Assembly: GCA_016618085.1 (NCBI GenBank)
Contig: JABLTG010000111.1
Span: forward strand, 1-64,000
DNA: 64,000 bases
Origin: Neovahlkampfia damariscottae
Lineage: Eukaryota
Direction: 5' to 3'
The notes below the pieces were generated by a model. That model made no database searches, was not told where the DNA came from, and was given only the letters and a program-made list of their open reading frames with translations. Below, piece after piece: positions 21,780 through 34,053 of the stretch; the first letter of the stretch is position 1, and every line of letters starts with the position of its first letter. The position numbers were made by a program, and so were the translations under genes.

Positions 21780-22310
21780 ATTCCATTGATCTACTTTTAG
21801 CTAATTCATCAAGTAGATCATCGATTTTTTGAACCTGAAATATTAGTGAATGATGTTGTTGTACTATATGTTTTAGTTCCATCACCTACAACATTAATAC
21901 TAAAAATAATGCTACTATCATTTGCATTTCTACCTTCTAATGACCTGTTATTCCACTATCTACAATGGTTATAATTTCCATCAAATTGAATAATGTGTCA
22001 CCTATACCATAATATACGCTTTTTGTACCTGTAGCCACATTAACTCCTGCTTAATCTCCAAATAACATTACCTTCAAAATCAACATGATCATTTTTCATT
22101 AAATATCGAACAGTTCTCATCATTTTATATACTTTTTCTGTAATCCAATTTAAAAATGATTCTGAATGTTGATATAAAATATTTAAAGAATGAATTGGAA
22201 TATTCATTGCATTACAAAAATGTTCCAATAAAGATATTTCTAAACCACAAATTTTTCAAGCAGCAACCAATAACAACACCATTTTAGATTGAGTACCATA
22301 CTGAAGTATT
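21780..22310 (-). pseudogene. Degenerate coding fragment, possibly Mutator-like transposase
   Basis: LVAA*KICGLEISLLEHFCNAMNIP... and HIIQFDGNYNHCR*, with stops and frameshifts. Family assignment is tentative. Confidence 0.3.
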
Positions 22311-22371
22311 TTATATGAATCGATATTTGGCCTGAACCTGTTTTGATTTCACGTTAACTAATTTATTTTTT

Positions 22372-23106
22372 TTATTGGATTTGAGGAAATGCCAACATCC
22401 ATCTTGAGCTTGAAAAACATTGTTCAATTTTTATCCATTTTACTCCTCCAATTGATCTTTGCTTTGATTCCACTGATTTTTTGTAACTTTCAAAATTTTC
22501 ATGATCAAAATTGTGAGGGTCAAATCTCAATACCTGGAATTCATCTTTATTTCTCCTAATACCAACAAGTGAATAAGCATATATAGAATCATCAAATATA
22601 ATAGGAGTTTTGTTCTTTTCAAAATGAGAGTAAAATTTAGTGATCAATTCTTCAAAATTATGATAAATTTTTGTTGATTCTTTCTTGAGTTCTTGCTTAT
22701 TCAATGGATTATAGAAAACAGCTTCATCACAATTTATGGATAATGATTGAAGATATAATGCTATTTCTGGTGGTTCTATCCATTTGTTCGAGCCGACATC
22801 CTTTTTTTTAAATAGTTTAATTTTTTCCAATTGTAGTTGAATTTCATAAATAGAAGGAATGATATGCCCTGTATTTTTTGTTTCTTTTTTTTGTTTATAA
22901 TACAAATTACTTAGAATTGATTGTAAAACTCGGTATGCACAACCCCAGCCTTGATCAGTTTCATTACAAGAATCATAATGAAAATAATCAGTCTTTGTAC
23001 AAACAACTGAATTTTCAGTTGAGAATAATTCAACCAGACCTGAAGTAGCTTCATGATATTTGTAAAAATAAAATGGTGATTTTTTCACTTCCACTGTTTT
23101 CTTCAT
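22372..23106 (-). CDS. Ufm1-specific protease, peptidase C78 (catalytic-domain-only, UFSP1-like)
   Basis: Motifs YFHY, DQGWGCAYRVLQSILS, GSNKWI and FDPH. Confidence 0.88.
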   Translation of the reverse strand: MKKTVEVKKSPFYFYKYHEATSGLVELFSTENSVVCTKTDYFHYDSCNETDQGWGCAYRVLQSILSNLYYKQKKETKNTGHIIPSIYEIQLQLEKIKLFKKKDVGSNKWIEPPEIALYLQSLSINCDEAVFYNPLNKQELKKESTKIYHNFEELITKFYSHFEKNKTPIIFDDSIYAYSLVGIRRNKDEFQVLRFDPHNFDHENFESYKKSVESKQRSIGGVKWIKIEQCFSSSRWMLAFPQIQ

Positions 23107-23159
23107 CTTTTTTAGTGGTGGAATAAATATTGTCCAATTATATTGTCCATTGAGAGATT

Positions 23160-23567
23160 ATGAAGAGAAATGGGTTAAAGCTTTTCAAAGGCTTCACCAA
23201 AGATCCAAATACGAAAAGATCACTCATCACGCATTGTTTAAGTTATAAACAATCAGAATTGCTTTGGTTGCTATTAAAAGAAGAGGATTTAGTTTTAGAT
23301 CGTAAATTATTGTTTAAACTTCAGGATTTTGTTCAATCTGAGGAAGATTGGAAAACTTTGATAAATTTATATTTGAATGCTAAAATTGAACCTTCTCCAG
23401 ATTTTTTATTTTTGAATTATAAAAACAAAAAAGAATTGATAAAAAAATCTGTGGAAGGAAATATGGTAGGAATAGAGCAAATGTTATGCTTGGAATACAC
23501 TATTGATTTGAAAATGAAGAATTTTCTTTTTGATGGAAATATTGAAAGAGAAAAAAAATTTAAATAA
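23160..23567 (+). CDS. Hypothetical protein
   Basis: 135-aa ORF divergent from UFSP across a 53-bp gap containing CCAAT. Confidence 0.5.
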   Translation: MKRNGLKLFKGFTKDPNTKRSLITHCLSYKQSELLWLLLKEEDLVLDRKLLFKLQDFVQSEEDWKTLINLYLNAKIEPSPDFLFLNYKNKKELIKKSVEGNMVGIEQMLCLEYTIDLKMKNFLFDGNIEREKKFK

Positions 23568-24281
23568 AATTTATCAAAAATTTTTTTGTTTTTTTATTGA
23601 CAAAAGAAAACTACTAAGCCACCATTCAAAACAAAGTCTTGTGAGAGGTAAATAACAAAATATGAAAGCAAAACACCAAAATATTGACAATAAAATTGGA
23701 AAAATACCCAAAAATCTCCAATTGGAGCCAAGTTCAAGGAGCATTAAAACTCCTCCAAAGAATAAGAATCCATTGAATAAAGTATTTAAACCAAAGAATA
23801 CACACCAAAAAATAATGTAAATGGTCTAGAGTTTAGTTATGTTTTCTTACTCTTGCGACTGACGGGCCGACCCAGTGAATTAAAAGCGGTGAGGCTGATT
23901 CTAAAACTTCAAAAACACCTCCACTAGGAATATTTATCAAGATTGAACCTTGTTGAGAGACATTGACGTGATGTTCAACCTCTTCCTCCACTGTGTTAAA
24001 TTCCATTTTATTGGTTAACGACTAACCAATGAGTATCATGCCAAAATGAAAAAATAAAATCCATGGACTTGCCATAACTTGAATAAATATGTCGAATCTG
24101 AAATTTTTAAAAATTGAAATTTTGGAAGTTAAAAAATTCAGAAAATTTCAAATGCCTCTAGGAGTGAGTTTTTACAGAGATACAACACTGCACTCTGCGC
24201 TCTCTCTGCTATTCAGTTTTTATTTTTTTCACTTCATGCTGGTGAGATTTTGACAGAAAATTATATAAATTAATATTATAA

Positions 24282-24650
24282 ATGGATATTAAAATGTTAG
24301 TATCTGGAACACATCTTTCAATGGCAAATACAGTAGTGATTTATGATTCTGATTTTAATCCATTGAATGATTTACAAGCAATGGATCAATGTCATAGAAT
24401 TGGTCAGAAAAGAGATGTCAAAATTTATCGAATCCTCACAAGAAAAACTTATGAAAGTTTGAAAGGAAATTTAAAACCTGTGAGAACAAAAGGTAAAACT
24501 CTTCAATTGGATTTTCTTACAAATGATGATGTTGGAACACCAGAGAGTAAAAGAATGAAATCATATAGAAATGACGAAGATGAACACGATGAAGATGATG
24601 AAGAGTTTGAATCGGATGAAGAAAAAGTTAAAGAATCAAAACCAAAAATC
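24282..24650 (+). pseudogene. Fragment of a SNF2/CHD chromatin remodeller helicase-C domain
   Basis: [44 protein letters not shown]. The rest of the helicase is absent and the frame runs into the tRNA gene. Confidence 0.8.
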
Positions 24651-24723
24651 AGGCTGTTATGAGAATCGAACTCATGACCCTTAGTTTACAAGACTAATGC
24701 TCTGCCAACTGAGCTAAACAGCC
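24651..24723 (-). tRNA. tRNA-Thr(TGT)
   Basis: GGCTGTTTAGCTCAGTTGGCAGAGCATTAGTCTTGTAAACTAAGGGTCATGAGTTCGATTCTCATAACAGCCT. Cloverleaf with anticodon loop CTTGTAA and a downstream T-run. Confidence 0.95.
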
Positions 24724-25362
24724 TTGTCCGCATTCAATGTTTGCTAATAATGTTTCATTATCTACAAAGACTTTGGAATATAAGATGTTTGGGGTAGTTT
24801 TTAGCCGTGATTGACCGCCTCAAAGTTCCATTTTTGAAAATAAACGGAGAAAACGTGATGAACCAAGTACATTGTTTAAGCTTCATTGTTATTATTAACA
24901 AAGAAAAATAAACTTCAAGAGTTCGATGGAAATGCATTTGAAGTGGCATGGATGATGAGTGACTGTTTGGAGAGGTTTCATATAAAAATCGAACAAAAAG
25001 AAGTTTCAACTGAACATTTCTTCATCAGAATTTCAACAATGTTGAAAAGGAAAGATATGTTGCTAGAATCCAGATCCCACACAATTGAAAAGGAAATGTT
25101 TGGAATAAGAGGTTTGAGTAAGTTAAAAGTAAGTTTGAGTGATAAAGTTAGTGCTGGTATGTTGTACCTGAACGGTTTTTGTGAAAACGGCATTTAGTAA
25201 TGTGGAAGGTTCTGATTGGTCAAAGAGTGAGACCAGTTATTAAATACAGTCAAATGATTCGTCATTTCAAATTATGGTATGAATACAAGTTATTCTATAT
25301 ATACAGGAAATTGTTCAAAAGAAATCAAAAAAGATCCCATATTCAAAAGAAAAACAAAAATT

Positions 25363-25435
25363 AGGCTGTTATGAGAATCGAACTCATGACCCTTAGTTTA
25401 CAAGACTAATGCTCTGCCAACTGAGCTAAACAGCC
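25363..25435 (-). tRNA. tRNA-Thr(TGT), second identical copy
   Basis: Same sequence as 24651-24723. Confidence 0.95.
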
Positions 25436-25629
25436 CTATTCGGGGATCAATCCAATCAAATTTTACAATTTTTCACCACTTCTAGTGTTTTGTTGGTTCG
25501 AAATAGAAATGATTGGGCAAAATTTATTTTAAAATGAATATTGATCTGATCTCTTGTATCAAATGCTGCTATGAAAATGAATTGTGTATTTTATTTTTTC
25601 AAGGTTCTAATCACCACCACCAATCAAAT

Positions 25630-27891
25630 ATGTTTGAATCAACCTCAACTGTTGAAGATGAAGTAACAATTCCTTCATTTCACAGCCCAAGATTAAAAAC
25701 ACAAAATTTCCAAAACATCATTGACAAAAGAAAAAAGAATCCAAACCAAATAGGACTTCCAGCTAAATTAATTTTTAAAATTTTTACATTTTTATCTCCT
25801 CTTGATATAGAAACTGGTCAAAAAGTTTGTTGGTATTGGAATCAAGTAATAAATCAAACAAATTTATGGAAAATCGAATACTTTAACACTTGGAATTCGT
25901 CAACTTTTTTTTTTAAATACTTGAAAAAAAAGTTAAATTTACACGAAGTTTCTTTTCAAATGAAGGAATTATTTTTATATAAAAGGTATCAACATGAGTT
26001 ATACACCAGAGGAAAAGTTAATTTATTGAAACAATACACCGAATTGGATGTGAAACTTTTGTTACTTCCTCCAACAGTTTTTCAACAGATTAAGAAATCA
26101 AATGAATGGGATTTTGTGGATGACTTTGATAATTTAGATTCCGATATTGCTGAAGATGACGAGGTTCGACTTCATACACCTGTGGTTGATCAAACATCAA
26201 ATGAAATAGAATTATTGAATTATGAAAATTCAACTGTCGACGATGAAGGAAATACTTGGATTGATTCTTCATTTCAAATTGAAGAAGTTGTTTTGAAAGA
26301 TAAAAAAGTTCTTGTACATTTGAATAAATATCAAAAACTCAAAGAAAAATTTTTCATCAAAAGATCAATTTATGATTTGATGATTTACAGTCAATATTCT
26401 GCTCAGAGAATACATAAATATTGTGAAACAACTCAATGGATATCTAAGATAAACAAATGTAGCAGTGAGGTAAAATAAAAAAAAATTCACACAAATAGCA
26501 AAATGATGTGAATTTTCTGAAAGGAACTCCAAATATTTTTCCAAAATATGGAAGTAAGTCAAAGAATATTTGGCAACCAAAAAAAGATGATCAAGATAGA
26601 TTCTTGGAATTATCATTTGATCAAGCAGTTTACCTAACAAAAATTTCGATTTATGAAACTTTGAATCCTGGCTCAGTATCAAAAATTTATTCATGGAATG
26701 ACCAAGAAAGTAATTTCATATTGATATATGATAAAATAGATTCTAATGAATCTGAAATTGATGATTTACAAAATTCAAGGATTTTCCAACCTCCTTTGAA
26801 AAAAACAAAATTCAAAACAAATATCATTAGAATTGAATTTTTGAAAAATGATAAAACTATTCAAGTTGACTCAGTTAATATCCAAGGAATTGTAGAAAAA
26901 TCAAATTTGAACCGTTTTTCAATTCACAGTGAGTTTATTGATACCATTGAACAACAAAAACATGTCATACATGTTCCTTACACAAACCCTGTCATTTCAC
27001 CATTTGACTATAATCAACAATATAATTACTTGATTTTTAATGAAATAGAATCACAAAAATATCATGTTTGCTTTGCAACACTTCTAACGGTTTTTGTAGA
27101 CTACAAAAAAATTGACCAATGTTTCATTGAATTCAAAAGAATTAGGAAAGATCCAGTTCAGAGCAAAATATTTAAATGATGAAATTTTGAAAATCAAAAT
27201 CATTTCAAACTTTGCTTACGTTTTGATAAAACAAATTAAAATCCCAGGTGCTTATGTTTTGAATGTTTGGGACTTGTCAACTGGTACATTAGAAAAAACT
27301 TTTGAGTTCAAAGAATGTTCTGGATATGATAATATTGTGAATTGGGAAATCACCAATGATGTTATTTGTTGCTTCCGTGAAAATGAAATTTTTGTTTATG
27401 ACATCAGTTCAAATGAAGTTGAACAATGGAAGCATAGAAGTAAAATTCAGTTAGATAATAACGTGAATCATATTTCTATTAAAGAAGAATGTAATTTGAC
27501 ACTTAACATTTTATCAGTTTGCACATCAAATTCAGAATTGATTATATGGGATATCTTTCTTTGTAAAATTTTACATCAAATCAAATTACCAGAACCAGGT
27601 ACTTGCTCATCAATATTGTCTTTTGGAAGCTTGATTGCTGTTAGTTCATTGTATTCTTCAACAATTTTCATTTTCAATACATTGGATGGAATGTTGATTC
27701 GAGAAATAGAATCAAACAATATTCCAAATTTAATAGGAGAAAAACAAATATCATTTGATGATGAAATGATGACATTTTTTACAAAAGGAACAAATGAGTA
27801 TTACTTACACAAATTCAGTTTAGACACAAATCTAAAATTAAAAGTAAATTTGACAGAAGAAGTGAAACAAGAAAATTGTTTAATTTTGTAA
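25630..27891 (+). CDS. F-box protein with beta-sandwich and WD40-like regions and C-terminal CaaX (CLIL)
   Basis: F-box LPAKLIFKIFTFL...VCWYWNQV...LW. Intron 26470-26498 and a frameshift at the A-run near 27105-27111. Confidence 0.7.
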
Positions 27892-29025
27892 ATTTTGTTT
27901 AATACATTCTTTGCATATTCTTTGTTCATTATTTGGGTCAATTTGAAATGTCAATTCTTTCTTGCAATCAGGACATAAATACTCTTTCATAAATTCTGAG
28001 TTGCAATATCGACTCTTTGGTGAACAATTGCATTCAACAAAAAAATCTTTCAATCTCTTTTTTCTTCTATCTGAAGGTGGTGATATTGGAATGTATGATA
28101 CTTTTAATTCAGTCTCTTTTGGAATATCATGCAATGGAAATAAATGAAATTTTCCATTCACAAACCAATACTCTGAATTTGGTGAACAAGAGTGATTAAC
28201 AAAATTCAATACTGGAACATTACAATAACCAATATCCAGCTCAAATGAATTACATTGATCTTTGGCGATCATATCCATCGTTTCTTCAAATGTCATTTTT
28301 TGATTGGTAATCTGACGAATCGCCTCTTGAATTTTTATCAATTGATTTCTAGTTTCAACATCGGTAATCATTTTTCTAGGTGAAAAAAACCTCAAATAGT
28401 CATCTTTAAAAGTTAATTTTAGAGAAGTATCCTGTTCAATTCCTCCTATCGGAAATGATTTTTTCAATGCTTCTTCTGCTTCACTTTTGGCGATTAACTT
28501 CAAAAAAAACTTTAGTTGAGTCATTAAATCGTGAAACAATAACTTTTTTCGAAATAAAGAATCTTCAATTTTGAGCTCTTCAGCTAAGAAATTTTGGATT
28601 TTTGAAAAGTATTCACATTCAAAATTATGAAGTTCTCGATGATCTGACTTACACTCTTCTGAACAATAAAAAACTTCCTCGTTACATATTTCACAACTCA
28701 AAGCATGACTTTCAATCTGTGTGAGGCAATTTTCACATACTTCTGATTTTATCGGATAATTCACGGCAAAGTTATAAATTTCAGATGTTAAAATCAATTC
28801 TCCTGATTTTATATCTCTTGTAGTAAATAGTCCTCTGCCCATCGTTTCTGTTTGTCTCAATTCCAAATGAAGATTTTCTTTTTTAAAATATGAATTATAA
28901 CGTTCAAACTCTTCAGTCATGTAGTATTCATTTCTGGCATCTATGGTTCTATATAAATCCTTATTAACAATTTTTTGAATTTTTTTTGAACTGTTTTTCA
29001 AAACTCTTGAGGTGAAGCGGAACAT
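27880..29025 (-). CDS. SMYD-type SET/MYND lysine methyltransferase
   Basis: Motifs MGRGLFTTRDI, CENC...CEIC...YCSEEC...H, NHSCSPN, EL.VSY and C.C. Confidence 0.9.
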   Translation of the reverse strand: MFRFTSRVLKNSSKKIQKIVNKDLYRTIDARNEYYMTEEFERYNSYFKKENLHLELRQTETMGRGLFTTRDIKSGELILTSEIYNFAVNYPIKSEVCENCLTQIESHALSCEICNEEVFYCSEECKSDHRELHNFECEYFSKIQNFLAEELKIEDSLFRKKLLFHDLMTQLKFFLKLIAKSEAEEALKKSFPIGGIEQDTSLKLTFKDDYLRFFSPRKMITDVETRNQLIKIQEAIRQITNQKMTFEETMDMIAKDQCNSFELDIGYCNVPVLNFVNHSCSPNSEYWFVNGKFHLFPLHDIPKETELKVSYIPISPPSDRRKKRLKDFFVECNCSPKSRYCNSEFMKEYLCPDCKKELTFQIDPNNEQRICKECIKQNLQN

Positions 29026-29308
29026 TCTTATTGGACAAAAAAAAGAAAGAGAAACCACAATAAAAAAAAAACTAAAAGACATGAAGTTATTTCAAAGTCA
29101 TACCTTCATTTCGGTGATGAGGAAAAATTTTAGTTGATCAATATTGAAATGATTTTCTAGCAGAAATCACACTGACAATTTTTTTCACAAAATACTTAAA
29201 AAAAACATGTATCTTGTTTCCAAGTTTTTGAATGTGTCAATTTAATTTATTCTCATCTTTAAATTATTCAACCAATCAATTTTAGTTTGTTTTTTTCACC
29301 ACAAATCG

Positions 29309-30553
29309 ATGTATCAACCTACAGTTAATTTTTACAAAAAATTCAAACAAGGACCGATACCAGTGACTTGTTTAAAGTCACTAGAAAATAAAACATTTGC
29401 CAGTGGAAGTATTGATTCAATTTTTATTTGGGATTTACAAACTGGAAAAAAACTTCAAACAATAACGGACACAGATTTTCAAAATTTAGAAACTGGACCT
29501 GTAAAATCAATGGACCTATTACCAAACGGTAACTTAGTTCACAATATAGATCAGTATATTAAGGTTTGGAACCTTAACCATTACAAATGTCTACAAACTT
29601 TAAAAACTGACCGTTCAACATGTTTAGTAGCTGTTTCTGATGAATTTATAATCGTTTCAATTGATGAAGATATTAAAATTATCAATTTGACCACAGGTGA
29701 AATAGAAAAAGAGTTATCAGATAACACAGAAAACTTCCAAAGGTTTTCAAAGAATCAGAAAGATATTATAAACTCAAAAACAAGAGAATCTTTAAAACAA
29801 AGACCTACAGAAAAAATCAATGACAATGATTTTTCAACATCAAAAACATTAACATTAGCAGAAAAAAAACAAATTAAAGAAAAAGTTCTGATGCAAAGTA
29901 AAGAAATAACATCAATTTGTAAACTATCTGATGATAAGTTATTAACTGGAAGCGAAGATAAAACTGTTAAAATTTGGAATCTCAAAACAAACAAATGTAT
30001 AAAAACATTAAGAGGACATCAAGCGGAAATTAAATCATTAGCAGCAATGAAAGATGATGGTTTTGTAAGTGCATCAAAAGATGGTATGATTAAGATTTGG
30101 GATTCAAAAAAACAATTGAAAAAAACAATTTCAAGAGCACATGCTTCAACCATTACTTCATTATTAGATTTTGGAAATTATTTAATATCTGGTTCATTTG
30201 ATAAAACTGTCAAAATTTGGGAGAAAATTAATTATAATTGTGTTGCTATTTTGAAACATAAAGATAAAATCTTGAGTTTAATAGATTTGGATGGTCATTC
30301 ATTTGCTGTAGGTTGCAATGATGGAATGATCATTTGTTGGAAATTTTTACCAGAAATTTCTTATAAAACTATTAATGTTTTAAAGCAAAATAATCAAAGA
30401 TTTAAAGATTTGACTTTTAATTTCAAAGTTGAAAAGAAATCAACAGTTGAAAATGAAAATAATGAAAATGAAGACATTTCAACTGAAAAAACAAGTTTAT
30501 TGGGTTCTAACCATGAAAGAAAAGATTCTACATGTTGTTGTTTAGTTTCATAA
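29309..30553 (+). CDS. WD40 repeat protein with C-terminal CCC-CaaX (CCCLVS)
   Basis: WD40 motifs TGSEDKTVKIWN, SASKDGMIKIWD and SGSFDKTVKIWE. Confidence 0.9.
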   Translation: MYQPTVNFYKKFKQGPIPVTCLKSLENKTFASGSIDSIFIWDLQTGKKLQTITDTDFQNLETGPVKSMDLLPNGNLVHNIDQYIKVWNLNHYKCLQTLKTDRSTCLVAVSDEFIIVSIDEDIKIINLTTGEIEKELSDNTENFQRFSKNQKDIINSKTRESLKQRPTEKINDNDFSTSKTLTLAEKKQIKEKVLMQSKEITSICKLSDDKLLTGSEDKTVKIWNLKTNKCIKTLRGHQAEIKSLAAMKDDGFVSASKDGMIKIWDSKKQLKKTISRAHASTITSLLDFGNYLISGSFDKTVKIWEKINYNCVAILKHKDKILSLIDLDGHSFAVGCNDGMIICWKFLPEISYKTINVLKQNNQRFKDLTFNFKVEKKSTVENENNENEDISTEKTSLLGSNHERKDSTCCCLVS

Positions 30554-30621
30554 AAAAATAATAAAATCTGTTCAATTTTGATGTTTGTGAATTTGATTGG
30601 TCATTCTGTTTTTCTTGCACC

Positions 30622-33061
30622 ATGAAACACCTGGTAAATGAAAATTTATTTTCGGATCTTATAAAGGATATATACTTTTATGTTCAACTAGGTGTAATTT
30701 CTGTCGCTTATTACTTCATAACAAGCTCACAAAAATTTGTAATTTTTTCATTGTTGATTCAACTGTTGATTTTTCAAAGAAAGATGACAAAAACGCTATC
30801 TTATCTAACAGTACTATCTGCTATTGTCTTTAATATCTTGTATTAAAAAAAAAATAATTAACGTTTTTCACAAGTGAATATTCAATTTTGGAAAAGGAAA
30901 ACCAATGGTTAGTGCACTACAAAGGATTTTTTTGGTTATTTTATAAGTTTCAAACATTAAAAGTAATCGTAAATTCAGCTTCAACAAAACTTTTTTTTGC
31001 CAAAAGTTTCATCATAACAAAATTTGTGGTAAAAATATTCACCAATTATTTCATCTTCAAAAATAATGATTTTTTTGAAGCTTTATTTTCAGATTTCTTC
31101 ATTGAATTTCTGGCAGATATTATTTTTAATGAATATTATAAAGTATTGGATGAATACGCATTAGGTTTTCATACAAACAAGATTTTGTTGGAATCTATTG
31201 ATGGATATATTATAAAAGTGAATCCAACTTTGAATATTGAATATATCAACCAAGACTTTTTTAACATTCCAAAAGAGGAAATGTTTGGAACTGTTTTATC
31301 AGATTATCCATTTTATCAAAAAGAAGTTTTTGACGAAATTTTGAAAACAAAAAAACAAAAAAATTGGGAATGGAGTTGTAATATTAATGGTGAAAAACAG
31401 TTTTATTCTTCAAAATCAACATCTCTTTTTCAAGGAGATGAATTTACAGGATTGATCATTTTATCAACAAGTACAAAAGAAAAAGTGGAAATTCTTGAAA
31501 GAGAAAGTAAGCACATACAAAAAGAGATATCATTGAAATCCAAAACTGAATTAATTTCAACTATTTCTCATGAAATTAGATCACCATTACAATCCCTCAG
31601 TTATTCGATTGAAGATTTGTTACAATTGAATCCAAATGAAAAACAAAAAGACGTTTTGTTAGATATAAAGAATGTCTACACTTTCCTTACAAGGATTATA
31701 TCTGATATTTTAGATATGTCCAAAATTGATGCTGGAAAATTGAAAATTTCAAAACACAGAGTCTCAGTTCTGGAAATTGTTGAGAACACTTTGAATATTA
31801 TTTCTGCAAGAATCACAAATGTTAACTTGATCATTGACTATAAATTAGATTTCAACATTTGCTCATCATTCATTGGTGACAAATTTAGAATCATCCAAAT
31901 TCTGCTGAACTTCATCACGAACTCAATGAAATTCACCAAAGAAGGTGTTATTGAACTATCTGCTAAACCTGTTTTACATGAATCAAATCCATTTGTTCGA
32001 TTTCAAGTCTCAGATGAAGGCATAGGAATTTCTTCAAATAACTTATCCAAAATTTTCACACCATTTTTTCAATCAGAAGTGGATTCATCGACACCAACAG
32101 AGTAACTATCAACCTATACTAATTTTTCATAGATTCAAAGGCTGGGGTCTTGGTCTTTCCATTTCCAAAGGTCTTATCGATTTGTTGGATGGAAAAATAG
32201 GTGTTGATAGCATAGAAGGAAAAGGATCCAAGTTTTGGATTGATATACCTTTAATTGAACCTTCAAAGGAGTTTATTTATTCATCATTTTCACAAACAAG
32301 TTATAAATCAGTGTTGTTAATTTCATTCGAGCAATCAATATTGAATAACTTAGAAAAGACATGTTTATTCATGGGTTTCAAAACTATTAAGAAATTTGAA
32401 GATATAGTTGATTGCTTGAAGTTAATCAAAAAACGAAATTTCGATCTAATTGTTTTGGATGAATATTTTGTTGATTCAGTTGATATTTTTCAAAAATATG
32501 AAAAAATAATCATCATTGGAGATAAGAATGAGAAATTAGGTGAAAAATTTTTGTTTCTTCCGCCTCCTTTTTTGATTTCTAAATTTGAAAAATTGGTTCA
32601 AAAGAATCCAAGAGTTGAAGATAAAAAAAAAGATTTGACTGGATTGAAAGTTTTAGTCGTTGAAGATCATGCTTTAATAAGAAAAACTATTTGTAAATTA
32701 CTTGAAAAATTGAATACTTCATTGATATCTTCAGCTGAAAACGGTAAAGAAGCAATTGAAATATTTGAAAAAAATGAATTCGATATTGTCTTGATGGATA
32801 TTCAAATGCCAGTTATGAACGGTATTGAAGCAACAGAATGTAAGTATATCTTATTAATTTCAACCTTTTTCAAAAGATATTCGAAGTTTGGAGGATGTGA
32901 AAAAAAAATCAACCCCAATTATTGCTGTAACTGGTAATTTTGTGAATGATAAAGAGCATCAACTTTTAGAATGGAAAATGAATGAAATATTAATTAAACC
33001 TGTCAAGATTGATTTATTGATGAATACAATTCTGAACATCATTGAAACATCTATGAAATAG
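30622..33061 (+). CDS. Hybrid sensor histidine kinase (TM, PAS-like, HisKA, HATPase, receiver)
   Basis: Motifs ISHEIRSPL, NFITNSMKFT, DEGIG, GWGLGLSI and VLMDIQMPVMNG. Introns at 30840-30874, near 32102-32132 and near 32840-32876. Confidence 0.92.
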
Positions 33062-33205
33062 AAAAATCAAAAAAGAAAATACTCAATTCAACATTCAAAA
33101 CTCCACCAAATCAATATTTAAAAAGTAAAAATATAAATTCTTGCAAATAAAATAAAATTTATAAACAAAAACAAAACAAATTTTTTATCCAATGAAAATC
33201 CATCA

Positions 33206-34053
33206 ATGAACCAACAAATAAATGAAGATGAAGTTAGAATTGTGACACCAGGAGAAATAATAACAGAAGACTCAGAAGGATACCTGAGGTAATAAAAAAA
33301 AAATCTAAAAACCACACAAGAGGACATGGAACTTTTGTAGATGAAAATAATCATTTGATAGCATGTGTATGTGGAATTGTTGAAAAAGTAAATCGTTTAA
33401 TTTCTGTTCGTCCTTTGAAAACTCGTTATACAGGAGATATAGGTGACATTGTAGTTGGTAGAATCACCAATGTTGGAGCTAAACGTTGGTTAGTTGATGT
33501 TCAAGGTCGCAATGATGCTGCTCTTCTTTTATCATCTATAAATCTACCAAATGGTGTTCAAAGAAGAAAAACATATGATGATCAATTAAACATGAGAAAG
33601 TTATATGTTGAAGATGATTTGATTGTTTCAGAAGTTCAACAAATGTTCTCCAATGGTAGTTTATCATTACAAACACGTTCCTCTAGATATGGGAAATTAG
33701 AAAATGGTCAATTTTTACAAGTTGATTGTTCATTGGTAAAGAGATGCAAGCAACATTTTCATAAATTTGATTTTGGAATTGAAGTAATTCTTGGAAATAA
33801 TGGATACATATGGATTTCAGAGGAAAAAGATGATTCAAAAAAAGTAGAAAAAGCAAGAGAGAAAATTGTTAGAATTAGGAATTCCATTTTAGTTTTGGAA
33901 AAACAGTTTATTTCAATTTATCCTTCTACCATTTTAGATGTTTATGAAGAATCTATTTCGTTACCAATGAAAGAAATTTTAAATGAAAAATTCATACCAA
34001 TTATTACAAAAAAGGCTTATGATAGAATAAGAGAAGAAAAAATTCAAATTTAA
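33206..34053 (+). CDS. RRP4: Exosome complex component RRP4/EXOSC2
   Basis: IVTPGE...YLR/GHGT (intron near 33289-33319), RYTGDIGDIVVGRI and ILGNNGYIW. Confidence 0.95.

Noticed and set aside
23615..24006. Possible small membrane-protein gene on the minus strand (MEFNTVEEEV...)
   Set aside because: The exon phases do not join cleanly across the apparent intron and no family was recognised.
30622..33061. Histidine kinase as bacterial contamination
   Set aside because: It contains spliceosomal micro-introns, and hybrid kinases are common in protists.
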